Source: Takakia lepidozioides
Lineage: Eukaryota; Plantae; Bryophyta
Assembly: GCA_030704615.1 (NCBI GenBank)
Contig: CM060734.1
Location: 10,912,001-10,976,000, forward strand
DNA length: 64,000 bases
Direction: 5' to 3'
Numbering within the stretch: position 1 is the stretch's first letter; every line of letters begins with the position of its first letter. This document shows positions 12,530 to 25,565 of the stretch, piece after piece. The notes beneath the pieces are model-generated. The model did not search any database. It was not told where the DNA came from and was given only the letters and a program-made list of their open reading frames with translations. The position numbers and the translations under genes were made by a program.

Positions 12530-15490
12530 ACAATTTTTGAATGACCTCATACTTGTCCGGTACATGTTCGACGGCATGTACAATATACTGGCAAAGTTTC
12601 AAAACAATCAAAAATTGCTGAATGAAGATACCATTGGTTCACCCATTGCAATATTTTAATCGAACTCATACTTGTCCGGTACCTTTAAGATGGCATGTAC
12701 AATGCAATGGCAAAGTTTGAAAGCATTCAGAAATCGGCACATCAAGTAACCATTGGTCTATCCTGTGAACCATTTTTTATTGATCTCATACTTGTCCGGT
12801 CCATGTAAGAGGGCATGTAGAACATACTGGCAAAATTTCAAATCATTCAATTTTTTTATTATCAAGGAACCTTTGGTTTATCCTTTTCACCATTAACGAT
12901 TAATCGCGAATAAATGAACAGACGAATAAATCATTTGCCTCCCCATCGACGTGCTCACCCCTCAAGCCATTCCAGAATGTAATTGAATTTAAATTAATTT
13001 TAAGCCAATAAATAGGTTTGCACTGCCTTTCATTGGGGGTTTCTGGCACTTATCGATTTTGTTTTTGGCTCAATTTTGTTCTGCGGCTTCAAGCATCCCA
13101 CTGCTACTTCCCCGCCAAAATTTGGACCAATCAAAAATGCCCCAAAAAAAAAAGTGTTCTCTTCGCTCACTATTGCAGAACTCCCTATGAAGAGTGCATG
13201 AAGTAGACACAAAATCAAGTTTGGAGTACAAAACAGGCAAGAAAACTGTGGTTTGGGGTCCAAATGAATTTTGATCGCTCCCAAATTTGGCACGCACGTT
13301 GCATATGGAGTCATTACACGCCCCATTCAAAAATAGAATGAAAAAAAAAACATGAGGACGCGAAACGCAGTCCAACAGGTCCTAAAGTAATAGCAGATCC
13401 AACAGAATACATTCAATGGGTGAACGGATGGTTGCCCATCCAAATCATTTTTGTTTGCTTCCAAACTTTGCCAGTACATTTGAGACACCCCCTCACAGGT
13501 CCCGGACTAATATCAGATCAATCAAATTCATTCAATGGCTCAACGGATGGTTGGCCATCGAAATGATTTTGGTTCGCTTTGAGACTTGGCCAGTATGTTC
13601 AATGTACCATGGAAGAGGCCCCAGAGTAATATGAGATCAATCGAAATTCATTCAATGGGCCAACGGATGGTTGCCCATCCAAATGATTTTCGTTCGCTTT
13701 GAAACTTGGCCAGTGTGTTCAATGTACCCCCAGATAGGTCCCAGTGTAATATGAGATCAATCGTTAACGATTAATCATGAATCATCCAACAGGGGAACTG
13801 TTGGTTCACCCTTTGAACCATTTTACATTGACATCATACTTGTCCAATAACTTTAAGAGGGCATGTACAAGACACTCGCAAAGTTTCAATCAATCCAAAA
13901 TCATTTGGCAGGGGACTGATTGGTTCACCCATTGCCAATTTAAGGGGCTCGAATTGCCATTTAAAGGGGCTGCACTGGCAATTGCCATTTCACAGGCTAC
14001 AATTGTAATTTAAGGGGCAGAAATTGCCATTTCAGGGGCTAGAATTGCAATTTGAGGGGTTGGAATTGACAATTTCAAGGGCTCAAATTACAATTTGAGG
14101 GGCGGCCGGGGTTGATCATTTTAGGGACTGACATTACCAATTTTAATGGCTTGAATTGCATTTTGAATTGTAATTCAAGGGTTAGAATGGGCCATTGGGG
14201 GGCTAGAATTACCAAAGCAATGACATCCAAAGCAATATAAAATCATTTGATAGCGGAATGATTGGTTCACACCTTCAAACCATTTTTTATTCACGTCATA
14301 CTTGTCCAGTACTTGTAAGAGGGCATGTGGCTGACACTTGCAAGATTCAAAGCAATGTAAAATCATTTGATAGGGGAACAATTGGTTCACCCTTTCAACC
14401 ATATTTTACTGACCTCATACTTGTCCGGTACCTTTAAGATGGCATGTAAAAGACACTTGCAAAGCTTTAAAGCACTCAAAAATCATTTGATATGTTCATG
14501 ATTGATTCACCCTTTCAACCATTTTAGATTGACTTGAAACTTGTGAAAGACCTGTAAGAGGGCATGTACAAGACACTTGCAAAGTTTCAAATCAATTTAA
14601 AATCATTTGGTAGGGGGAGGATTGGTTCACCCTTTAAACCATTTTAGATTGATGTCATACTTCTCAAAGACATGTAAGAGGGCATGTGGAAGACACTTGC
14701 AAAGTTTCGGAGCAATAAAATATCATTTCATCGGGGAAGTTTCCGTTCACCCTTTCATCCAATTTTGAATTGAACTGGATTTTTACTAAATAAAATGATT
14801 TAGAGGGCATAGGATTGTGGGGCGCAATGATTTTGTTTTTGGCTTGATTTTGTTCTGTGAGTTGAACCCTCATACCACCACATCCTTGCCAAAAAATGTA
14901 CCAAAGAAAAATGTTTGAAAAAAAACGTTCATCCTTTGCTCTATGCTCACTATTGCAGAACTCTCTATGAAGAGTGCATGAAGTTGAAGATAACTTCATC
15001 TTGGAGTGCAAATGAGGGAATAAAATGTGTTTTGGATGCAGACGATGTCTGTTCATGGTGATATTTTTCATGCAACTCTTCATGTTGTTATCAAGCATAT
15101 GGCTTCAGAATGGAATTAAAAACAATTCATGTGCAGGCGAAATGTTGTTTCTCGTCTATACGACACATACCTCCATTATGAATTTGAATAACCCATTCAA
15201 ACAACTTTGTTGAAGTTCAACTTTGGTCCATATGTGCTTAAGTACGTACAAATCACATACATAAAGTTGCAAGCGAAGAAAAAATCATTTGCCCCCCGAA
15301 CGACTCGTTAAACCTTTCAACCAATTCTCAATCATGAATCATTTAATAGGGGAACTATTGGTTCACCCTTAGAACCATTTTAGATTGACCTCACTTGTCC
15401 GGTAACTTAAAGAGGGCATGTACAAGACACTCCCAAAGTTTCAAATCAATCTAAAATCATTTGGCAGGGGAACGATTGGTTCACCCATTG
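12530..15490. repeat. ~120-bp tandem repeat family in direct and inverted blocks, plus a ~250-bp duplication and ~20-bp aattgccatttaagggg repeats
   Basis: Unit tcatacttgtccggtac..ggcatgtaca..caaagtttcaaa..ttggttcaccc occurs on + at 12540-12900, 13780-13935, 14230-14760 and 15330-15490, and on - at 13410-13770. 12990-13250 resembles 14770-15030. Confidence 0.85.
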
Positions 15491-17114
15491 ACCCGGTGTA
15501 CACTGTCACTCTTCAAGATTCGTGGGTGTGGTGCTTGATTATCCCATATGATGGACCCAGGTGCCATGGCCAAGTAACAATCCATTAAAACATTATGGTA
15601 CGAGACAAACACAATTGAAAACAACATTTATTCAAACATGATGTACAGTCGAAAAGCGCAAAGAGATCCATGGTGAAATCCAAAGCTGGAAATATTTCAC
15701 ATGTCAATCTGCAGCGTACCTATGGAATGAGCCCAGCCCCGTGAGCCTGTGAGTTGGGCTCATGCTTTCCCCACTCGCTCACGCTTGCTAAGTATGAGCG
15801 CATGGTGGTGAAGCAGAAGAAGGAGGTCCTATAGCTGAGGGCAAGACGAGGAGGGCCTATTACCACTACTGCGATTTGGGGGGATTAGCGACTCATGCGG
15901 CACCTCACGCCGATTCTGGATCAACGACAACATTGGTCTGCCGCCGGGACTTTCTTGCGACGTCCATGATGTTGCTATGATGTCACTATCCTAGGCCATA
16001 GTCTTTATTCCATCCAAAAATTTGCTAAGAAGTATTCTGCAACCCCCTAATTGTCGCATGTATGTTGCGACCCTATTTCCTTCCATCTTTCACAAATATC
16101 ACCAACTCATGGGAACGCAACCCTTTAATAAATAAACCCATCTGCATATGGTCAGGGATCGCATGATTGTTCCATCTTCACAAAATATCTTCTAGCCTTC
16201 CCGCATAAAAATCAATAGACTCCCTAGGGGCCATCTGAATTCTGGTCAATGCTGCACAAGTGGAGGAGGAAACTACGCAGGCTGTCCGCCAAGAAGGACA
16301 GGGCTACGGACAAGCCTATGGGTAGGGATATGGGCAAGGCTACAACCATAACAATGTCTACTATCGAGGTGGTGGACAAGGAAGGGGCAGGGGCCGAGGC
16401 CCGAGGATGGGGTAATCCCGGCAACCCCAACGCCCTTTATAAACGACCTACTTCCTCTATGGGGAGCCAGGTCACTTCGTGCGAGACTGCCCGATCAGGC
16501 AGAAACTCGTACAGGACCATAATGCCCAAACGGATACGGGAGTCAATATGGCAGATCCAAAAGAGTCGGAGGCATGCGCACTGACCCGCAGTCAGAGCAT
16601 AAAGGTAAGGGTGTATGCGAGGAAGAACCGCAGGAGCTGCGGCCATCCCATATGAAGAGAACCCACTGGGAGGAAGAGGAGAAGTTAAGGAATGAAATGG
16701 TGGAGTTGGTCCAGACGGAACAAGCTAGGCTGGAACCGTTCACCCCGTTACCCACGGCAGCGGAAGACGACAAACTAGAGGAACTAGAAACGAGTACGAG
16801 ACGAGGTTGGGTCGACGAGTTGGACAGAAAGCGCCAGCAATCCGTGACGGAACCCCAACAGTTGGCTACGAAAGTGATGGACGGCAAGATAGACATCACC
16901 TTGGGCCAGCTATTGCAGATATTGCCTCAGCTACGAAGGGATGTATGGGCGTATCTAGATGAGGTGGAAGAAGGTGACAGGTGGAAGGGAAAGGGGGAAA
17001 AACCTCGTACGAGGAGAACGGGCGGGGGGTACCTGCTTCGTCGGTTATGGCTGATATACTCGAAGACATAATGCCGGTGGTCCAGGTTATGATCAGAAAA
17101 ATCAAGGTACCAAA

Positions 17115-17841
17115 TGTCGCGGCCCTTTGCCTTGAGGGCAGGGAGGTCGGGACACAAGAGGGGCTGCCCCTGTGGTGGGGGCAGTAGCAGCGATAGGTAC
17201 AGGGGCTGAAGCACCCTTGAGTGCCCAAAGCACTCAAGGAGGCGGAGGCGCTCACTAGGTGGAGCCCCGCACACCGGGTTGCGGTGGGGGGTGGCTCCAC
17301 AAGGGGTGGTGGTAGCTTAGTGGGACTTAGTGGGGGTGGCATAGGACTCACCAAGGGGGCAGAGACCTCGTGGTGGGAGTCGTGGGGAGTCTTGGGACTC
17401 ATCACGGTCCATAAGGGCCGTGGTGAGCGGGCCAAGACTCACCGCGACTCACCACCGGGAATCGAGGGTCTTCGTGGTGGTTCGCCATAAAATGGCATGG
17501 CTGGTTGTGAAACCCCCGCGGACAGCTACAGAAGTATATATAGGGAGTAGTAACCCCGAGAACGGTGCAAGCCCGTTGGTGACCAAAAACTAGTGAGTAA
17601 GCGAGCGAGCCGGAAAGCGACCAAAGAGTGGGGAGCTGTTCCGGACTGCCATCTACCAAAGGGAATTCTCCTAGTCCCAATTAGGTGGAGGGTTTTAGAG
17701 GGAAGCGAAAGGGGACCGTTATGTCCCGGTGAGCAGCCGAAGCTCCAAGTTGGCCCGGCGGCCAGGTTGGGAGTCAGGCGCGCGCATCAAAGCGAGTAAC
17801 TATGACTTGAAGGGGAGCTTACCGAAGTGAGGTGCGCGACA
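17115..17841 (+). mobile_element. Solo LTR (family A) with 5-bp TSD CCAAA
   Basis: TGTCGCG...CGCGACA termini; CCAAA at 17110-17114 and 17842-17846. Confidence 0.95.
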
Positions 17842-17850
17842 CCAAATGTA

Positions 17851-17938
17851 ATAGGGCCCACCCCTGAAAAGGGGCAGTAGCCGCAAGGCAAAATGGCTCT
17901 TAGTTACGCCGGCTTCGGCCGGAGTCTTCTTCTTCTTC
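17851..17938 (+). mobile_element. 88-bp SINE or 5'-truncated LINE with (TTC)n tail and 11-bp TSD
   Basis: TACCAAATGTA flanks both sides (left copy split by the solo LTR; right copy 17939-17949). Three tetraloop hairpins. Confidence 0.75.
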
Positions 17939-20384
17939 TACCAAATGTACTGTTGGATGGGGGAGCAATAATTAACATTATGGCAGAAGCTCTACATGAA
18001 ACAATTGGGCTTGCCTCAACCACAACCTATTCCTTTCCACGTGAAGATGGCCGATGATAGCATAATCCGGCCAGTTGGGGTGTTGTACCAGGTGCCGGTA
18101 TTGCTCGCGGGTGAGCGATTCGACATCTCCGTGACAGTGCTGAAAATGGGGGGAAAGGTAGAGGGGCACCCTCTGTTGTTGGGACGACCATGGCTTTGGG
18201 GATATGACGAGGCAAGAGAGAAGGAGGATAGCTGTTACTTGGCATTGCCTTATACAATTTTGGAAGGAAAATTATATAAACTAGGACCAGATGGTGTCCT
18301 AAGGAGATGCGCTACGAGCACAGAGTCAAGGACCCTGCTCGAGCAAATGCATGATGGACTGGCAGGAGGTCACTTGGGCCCTGATTCTACGGCCAAGAAA
18401 GTGCTCAGCGCGGGATACCGGTGGCCCCGCCTATTCAAGGATGCCCACACATTATGTCGGAACTGTGACCATTGCCAACGGATGGGTCCTCTTGCAGCAA
18501 GTGGTGTCACATCGTTGTGCACACCTCGTTGCCAAGCAAACAATTCCTCAAATGGTTTTTTTTTTTTTTTTTTTTCCTCAAATGGGGATTAGACTTCGTG
18601 GGCCCAGTTAAGCCAGCTACTCGTTATACTGGCAACAAATACATCTTGGTAGCCACAGACTATGCCACAAAGTGGGTTGAGGCAAGGGCTCTACGGGATA
18701 ACACGACGGCCAGCACAGCAAAATTCCTATACGAAATGATAATCACCAGGTTCGACTGCCCACTGGAACTCGTAAGTGACCAAGGGGTGTACTTTGTGAA
18801 CAAAACCATCCAGATTCTCATAGAGGAGTTCATGGTGATGCACCGCTAGTCGACAACGTACTACCCGCAAGGAAATGGACAAGCGGAATCGACCAACAAA
18901 ATATTGGGGGCTATGTTGGCCAAGCTTTGCAACGGGGATCGTACCGACTGGGATGTGGCACTACCAACGGCTCTATGGGCTTACCGAACATCCTATAATA
19001 TTGCCACGAGGTACTCGCCCTTTCAATTGATCTACGGCCTTCAGCCACTGCTACCAGCCGAATTCGTCGTACCTACCTACCGATTGGGGAATGTGAGGGA
19101 CTACAGGCAGGCAGTAACCCTACGAGCACGGGCAGATGACCTATTTCAGTTGGAAGAGTTGCGATGGATGCGAAGCAAACGAATGAACAAGTCCAGTTGG
19201 GACGACAGGAGCGGCATAACTTCCCTGAGCATCGATTCAAATCAATCCAGCAGGGGTTTGACAAGTCTCCACTCGTCATCCGGTGGACCAGATCCATGCA
19301 GTTGAACGGAAATTCCGAGCCCGCAGTTTCGATCCATTTCTACAATGGGTGCGATGATTTGGAGGAAGACGAAAAGGGGGGGTTAACGATGCCCACGGCC
19401 CGGCGCTCGCAGAACCGTGCGACGCCGGTGTTGCCGGTGAACTAGCGACGCCTAGAGGGTCGCCAGAAAATCGACCGACCCCAGAGGGATTGCTATGTCG
19501 ATCACCTCGATAGCAAAAAATCCCAAAATGACCAAGTCATTTTGAGCGACTCCACAGGCGTCGCTATATCCGCCATAGTGATTTTTTCCGACTGCGCCCC
19601 CCTGGAGGTCGGTCGTAAAACCGACCCCTCTGAAGTCGGCTTATGGTTTTTGGCCCCAAACCGACCCCCGGGGGTCCATTTCAAGAACAATTTAAAAAAT
19701 AATAATAATAAATGGATAGCGTCGTCCTGGGCGTCGCCTCCAGTATCAAATTTGGAAGGGCAAACAAAACCTGCGGTGGGCGATGGGGGCTCCGTGTTTT
19801 GCGGTGAGAGTGAGGCCCAACGGTCGCTTCGTCTCTCTCGTATGGACTATGTCAAGTGATCGGCAGCTGGAGAAGGGCCTCCCTGGGAGTGAATGGAGTC
19901 CAAACTTTAAACACATGGTTTGTATGGTTTTCTATGATTTGGGTAAATCCATTTAAGCCTTTTTCGCTGATCGTTTGTGACAACCTCGACATCCCATACG
20001 GTTCATCCTATACCCGCCCTGTCTCATTCATCATTTCGTGCGTGTTATCGCCGCCTCAGCCCCTTAACTTCGCTTCCCCCCTCTCAGCTGCCGGCGGATA
20101 TTAATGACGTTTTGAGTTGTCTCTTTCACTCCACTTGGAGCTAACTCTGAGTGCTGGATTCCCCCACCTAGTTGCAAATTTGGACGTGACGTGGTGTTGA
20201 CGCGTCAGCGACGGACGTGCGTCACGTCACGTCCTAAACGGACGTTACTGTACATAAATATGTTTATTTTTTTACTTTATTATTGACTATTTACTATGAG
20301 AACCGACGTGGCAACCGATGTGGCCTCATTACGTGGACTTCATTATTTATCTGTAAAATTCATATATTATGATTTATATTGTCA

Positions 20385-20875
20385 ATCATGCGACCGTCAA
20401 CAACGGTTGGTTGGACAATTTTTTTAAAAAAAAATAGGTGCGACCACCAGAAAAGGGTGGTCGCACATTTTTTCTTATTTTTTAAATGGATGCGACCACC
20501 AGCAGGCGGTGGTCGCAACATTTTCATTTTTTTTAATAGGTGCGACCGCAAGCAGAGGGTGGTCGCACATTTTTATTTATTTATTAAATTGGGTGCGACC
20601 ACCAGCAGGTGGTGGTCGCAACATTTTCATTTTTTTAAAATAGGTACGACCACCAGAAAGGGATGGTCGCACATTTTTAATTATTTTTTAAATGGGTGCG
20701 ACCACCAGCCGGTGGTGGTCGCAGATTTTTTCTTTTTTGTTATTAGGTGTGACCGCTTATGGGGGGTCGTACATTTTCGTTTTGTTTTTAAAAAGGTGCG
20801 ACCACCAGCAGGGGAGGGTCGCAGTAGTTTTCTTTGTTTTGTTATTAGCTGCGACCACCCATAGGTGCGACCGCT
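20385..20875. repeat. Left array of palindromes TGCGACCACC-AGCAGGGG-GGTGGTCGCA, ~51-bp period
   Basis: About 9 copies separated by T-rich spacers. Confidence 0.9.
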
Positions 20876-21251
20876 ACCAGGACACGTGGCGAGGCGCGAA
20901 TGGGCAGCAGAAGCGGTCGCGCGTCGCTCAAGGCAGGCCTCTCCAGGTAGTATATAAGGGCCTACCCCTCATTCCCAACCCACTTTTTTTCCTCTTTGTG
21001 AGTGCGGTTCTGGGGCTTCTTGGAGTTTCAACTTCGGTGGCCAGGACTGAGCCGTGGGGGGGGGGGAGAAAGTGGATTTATGTGGGGGAGGAGTTTTTGC
21101 CTTTTTTTCCTGGGACTGCGGGAAACAGTTTGCTTTGGGTATTATACCAATAGAGGGTGAGGAAATTGGTCTGCTAATATATAAGGTTATCAATAGTCTG
21201 GGTTTAGTTTTCTGTTACGAAGCCGCGTCTATTCCGCAGAGTACTTTCATC

Positions 21252-22756
21252 ATGTCCGGAAACATTGCTTCGAACGCAGTGTCAGGGGGTTCCTCGGGAA
21301 GTGGGCGTAAAGGTAAGAATCGTAAACATGCACATGAACGGGATAGTCAGGTCAACAAAAAAGACTATCCAAGCGCAGAGGCCGCGAAGGTGGTGAAGCA
21401 AGTAGTGCTGGATTATTTGAAGGACAATGACATAATGCGTTTGAATTTTTTGTATGTCCGACATGGGAATGAGGGGTTCCTTAGATTCCAGCACAATATG
21501 GAGATGAGAATGAGGGAGGCTTTCGCCGAGGATGAATGGGAGGAGGACAGGGCGAAGTTCCAGTTCACGAAATGGATGGAGGACCGGGCCCATGATGCCA
21601 CATGGAATCTGAGGCAAACCATGGACAAGTTTGTTACGAGAACACCTGTAGCTGAAGGTCGCATGCCAATTTCGGAGGAGGAGTTGTTTGTGCTTGTGGA
21701 TTGGTGGTCTGCCATGGCAAAGGCCCACGCCAAACAACGTACGAAACCACTCCCATGGAAGGCAGGGTTCTCGTCTGCGGATGCGGCATTGAACGTGAGA
21801 TACATATCCACGCACAGGTACAACAACTCGACGCGCCCAAACAGGGATGGTATGGTACAATTCGGAGGGTTAGAATTGTTGGGGATCAATTCATTCCTTC
21901 ATCTTGGGAGCTAGCAGGGAAAACGCCCAGGGAAACAAATGCTGAGCTTGCCAAAGTCCAACATAACAATGAGGCGTTGGCTGTAAAGTTCCATCATTTC
22001 GGCATCATAAAGTATTTTGCGTTGCATCCACGTCGAAATGAAGGTTACACACATTGGTGGAATAGGGGGACCATACGATCATGGTTGAGTATTGACAGGA
22101 AATGGGGGAATGATCGGGATAACATGGAGTTAATGGAACGACGGGGGACGGAGCAAGAAATGTAGGAGGTCAACCGACTAGTTCGATTCTGACAGAATCG
22201 TACCCAATTGACATGGGCGCTTTTGCACATCATGCTCAACGTCCATAATCACCACCTCTTGCACAACGACATGTCCCCCGACAACATCTTGTTGCATTTT
22301 CCACAAGGGTCTGAAGATGTGTACATCGGGGTATGCGATTGGAGGATGGTCTCCACGACGGATGACCCAAAAACCACATTGTACATCTTCGAGAGCAGAG
22401 ACAAGATGATAAAGACTCTCGCACATAGATGGTGGATTGCAACTGAAATTGCAATTGTTCATAATGTAGCCAACAACCAGTCAAATGGCACACCTCGTAG
22501 GCCCCCTTTAACCGTGCCATCAGAGACCTTTGCAATTGGGAAGATAGCCCAGGCAATAAATGGGGGTAACACGTTCGATGCAAGCCTGTTCAACGATATG
22601 TCTACTGGAACCTGTTTTGCTTCGGCTCTGGAAAACTTGTGTATAAATACAGTAGAGTTGCGGTACAAACTAGAAAATATTGTGAGGCGTTTCATGACGG
22701 GGCTATTCAATTGGCCTGAGCCCAAAAATTGCTGGAGGATGGATAGAAACTTGTAG
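21252..22756 (+). pseudogene. Intronless protein kinase with an unknown N-terminal domain
   Basis: GWYGTIRRV (Gly loop), LAGK, NNEALA, HNDMSPDNILL, CDW; one frameshift ~21840 and two stops ~22163-22192; TATA-like tatataag ~20951. Confidence 0.8.
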
Positions 22757-22766
22757 ACTCAACATG

Positions 22767-23725
22767 GGGGTGGTCGCAGATTTTTTATTTTTTTATAATG
22801 GGTGCGACCACCAGCAGGGGGGTGGTCGCAGAATTTTTATTTTTTTTAATAGGTGCGACCACCAGCAGGAGGGTGGTCGCATAATTTTTCTTTTTTTTAA
22901 TAGGCGCGACCACCAACAGGGGGGTGGTCGCAAAAATTTTGTTTAAAAAAAATAGGTGCGACCACCACCTGCTGGTGGTCGCACTATTTTCCTTTTCTTT
23001 AATAGATGCGACCACTAGCAGGGGGGTGGTCGTAGGGGGGTGGTCGCATAATTTTTCGATTTTTTAATATCTGCGACCACCAGCACGGGGGTGGTCGCAC
23101 CATTTTTTTTAAGGTGCGACCATCAGCAGGGGGTCCTCGCAGGGGGGTAGTCACATAATTTTCTTTTTTTTAAATATCTGCGACCACCAGCAGGGGGGTG
23201 GTCGCACCATTTTTTTTTTTAGGGGCGACCACCAGCAAGGGGGTGGTCGCAGAATTTTCTTTTTTTAAATAGCTGCGACCACTAGTAGAGGGGTGGTCGG
23301 ACCAATTTTCTTTTTGTTAAATAGGTGCGAATATGTAGAGCAGTTTCATTCGGGCCCTGATTCTAGAGTGGTCCAGGAATTAGAGTGGGGCGCCTATGTA
23401 GGAAGGCCACGTGTATTAAGGAATGAGATGAGGGGGTCCAAAAAAAGAAGGGAGGAATTGGCTAAATTTAGAATAGGAAGTCATGTAGAGTTGACATGTG
23501 TCCAGGGCCTTCTAGAAGGCTCCCAGGTCGGCAGGCTTCTATAAGGGACCCTTCCACTCTTACTACGTACTAACTTACTACCTACTAAATCAGTAAATAG
23601 GTGCGACTACCAGCAGGGGGGTGGTTGCAACATTTTTTATTTTTTTTAACAGTTGCGACGACCGCTACTGGTGGTCGCACAATTATTATTTTTAAAATAG
23701 GTGCAACCACCAGGAGGTTGGTCCC
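22767..23725. repeat. Right array of TGCGACCACC palindromes, interrupted by a ~260-bp insert (23331-23593)
   Basis: About 13 copies in the same orientation as the left array. Confidence 0.9.
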
Positions 23726-24819
23726 CCTGCACCTGTATGTATGTTTGGAGAGGCAGATGAAAAGCACATGTATCGACTCCCCATGGATTTGTGAAGGAGA
23801 AGATGAATGTTGGGAGCTGCATCTGGCCTTTGTGGCTTTCGAAACCATAATAGGAAATCAACAATGTAAAGGTAATGACGAAACACAAACACACGCACAA
23901 CCACAAAACCCTTTCTTGGGTACACATACTCCACCATTTTTATTTCCGTACACATATATGCATGTACCCAAACTGAAACATGGATATCCATGGAGGGGGA
24001 TACCTCGGCGTGAGCCTGGTCACGTGAGCGCGTGAGCACAACTGCGCTCACGCCACGTCACCTTGCGCCAATGCCACATCACGGGGCTCACTCCACGTCA
24101 TCACACTTGAAGACCGCGTCACCACGCGCCCGGGAAGAAGTGAAGTGTATTCCCGCGGATTGGCACCCTTTACCGCGGAAACAAGCTGGACGACATAATA
24201 AAAGGCAGTGGTCATTCCCACCTAAAAGCAACAGATGAATAAAGAATGGATGAATGTACAGATGGATGAGTGTGAAAAATGAATGTAGATGGATGAATGA
24301 GGGATGGATAAGAGTCAAATGGATGAATGTATAATGGATGTTGAGCATTGAAAAACATTCATGACAGGAAGATGCATGACTAAAACTTTAGACGAATGCA
24401 CAATGTATATGACATGAGTGTGGAAGGTTTGTGGGGTGGATTAAAGAGTACAGAGGATGAATGTACAATGGATGTTGAACAAAGGAAAACATTCATGAAT
24501 GGAGCACGCATGAATACACAGTAGATGAAAGCACAATGGATATGACAAGAGTGAGGGAGGTTTGTGAGATGGATTCATACATATTGCAATTTAAATGGTA
24601 GTTGATTCTTTGATTATTTTTCTTTCCAAAGGAACAACTACGGTGGATGAAGGGGATTCAACGTTTTCCAAAGAGGATGAAACAGAATATTAAAAGAACA
24701 TAGTTCAGTCTGACTCAGAGTCAGTACAATGTATCCCCGCTTCCTTTGCATCTAAGTCTAAGTATTTAAGAACTCCGGATCTACGCTGGCTACACCTATG
24801 GCCGGGCAGTAAAAATTCA

Positions 24820-25565
24820 GGGGATAGGGACTCGGCCGCGTGAAGTGCCATTTCTTCGGCTAGCGGATCTTGCTGGAATAACGCGTTTAGTAGCATTCTT
24901 CTGCAGCGATCCTGTCATCGTCTCAGGGCTGCCCGTGTGGAGTGGAGACGAAGGGCTTTGCCGTGGGTGACTCCAAGCCGGCCCGTTTTTTTTTGGATTG
25001 TAAGTGCCTGCCTGTCTCAAATTTTGTGGAACCTAGGATACAGCCAGTGAAGAGCGAAGGTGGTGTTAGGAAGAGGTTAGCCAATTTTCGAGCATACCGT
25101 CACATTGCGTCGTCTGATTGCAGCGGGAAAGGGGGTTATTGGCAAGTCACTAGAAAGCCTGTACTGGTGGCCAATTTTAAAAGGCTCGCAGGGAGATCTA
25201 GAAGGATTTTGTACAAGAATTCACGCCTCTACAAGGCATCAAACAGGAGACTCAGGGCACTCCACAAATCTGTGGGGATCAAAACTGTAAGATCTCTGAA
25301 GAACTGCCACTGATTCGGATCTGATGCCAATCGTGGTGTGAACGCTCGGGTCAGTGATACTCGCATCATTGATCTACAAAAGCTTATTCCTGGTGGAACA
25401 AGTATGGACACTCCCATTTTGCTGGAGGAGACCGCTGATTATTTGATGTTCCTGGAGCTTCAGGTGTAGGCCCTGCAATCGCTGGCTAACAAGATTGATT
25501 TACAAGCAAAACCTGCCGGGCAATCTGCCGAGAGCCTCATCTGCTTCTCGGAGGGGTTTCCGTAA
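24820..25565 (+). pseudogene. IBH1/AIF-type atypical bHLH pseudogene
   Basis: DSAA*SAISSASGSCWNNAF (IBH1-like N-terminal motif) and RIIDLQKLIPGGTSMDTPILLEETADYLMFLELQV*ALQSL; in-frame stops and a frameshift. Confidence 0.75.

Larger units (their letters stand above)
15934..19200 (+). mobile_element. Ty3/gypsy retrotransposon remnant (gag, protease, integrase; RT/RNase H deleted)
   Basis: PBS-like tggtctgccgccggga after caaca (15932). Protease VLLDGGA..NIM is restored once two nested insertions are removed. [38 protein letters not shown]. Confidence 0.85.

Noticed and set aside
15720-15805. ATGAGC/GCTCAT motifs as the partner terminus of 3253
   Set aside because: They lack the reverse-complement terminal motif and probably belong to the gypsy LTR region.
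17851-17938. Hammerhead ribozyme
   Set aside because: The CUGANGA core is absent.
24235-24570. GATGAAT-rich tract with a short duplication
   Set aside because: Low-complexity sequence with no supportable function.
24820-25565. U-to-C RNA editing rescuing in-frame stops
   Set aside because: That editing is organellar; this is nuclear DNA and frameshifts are also present.
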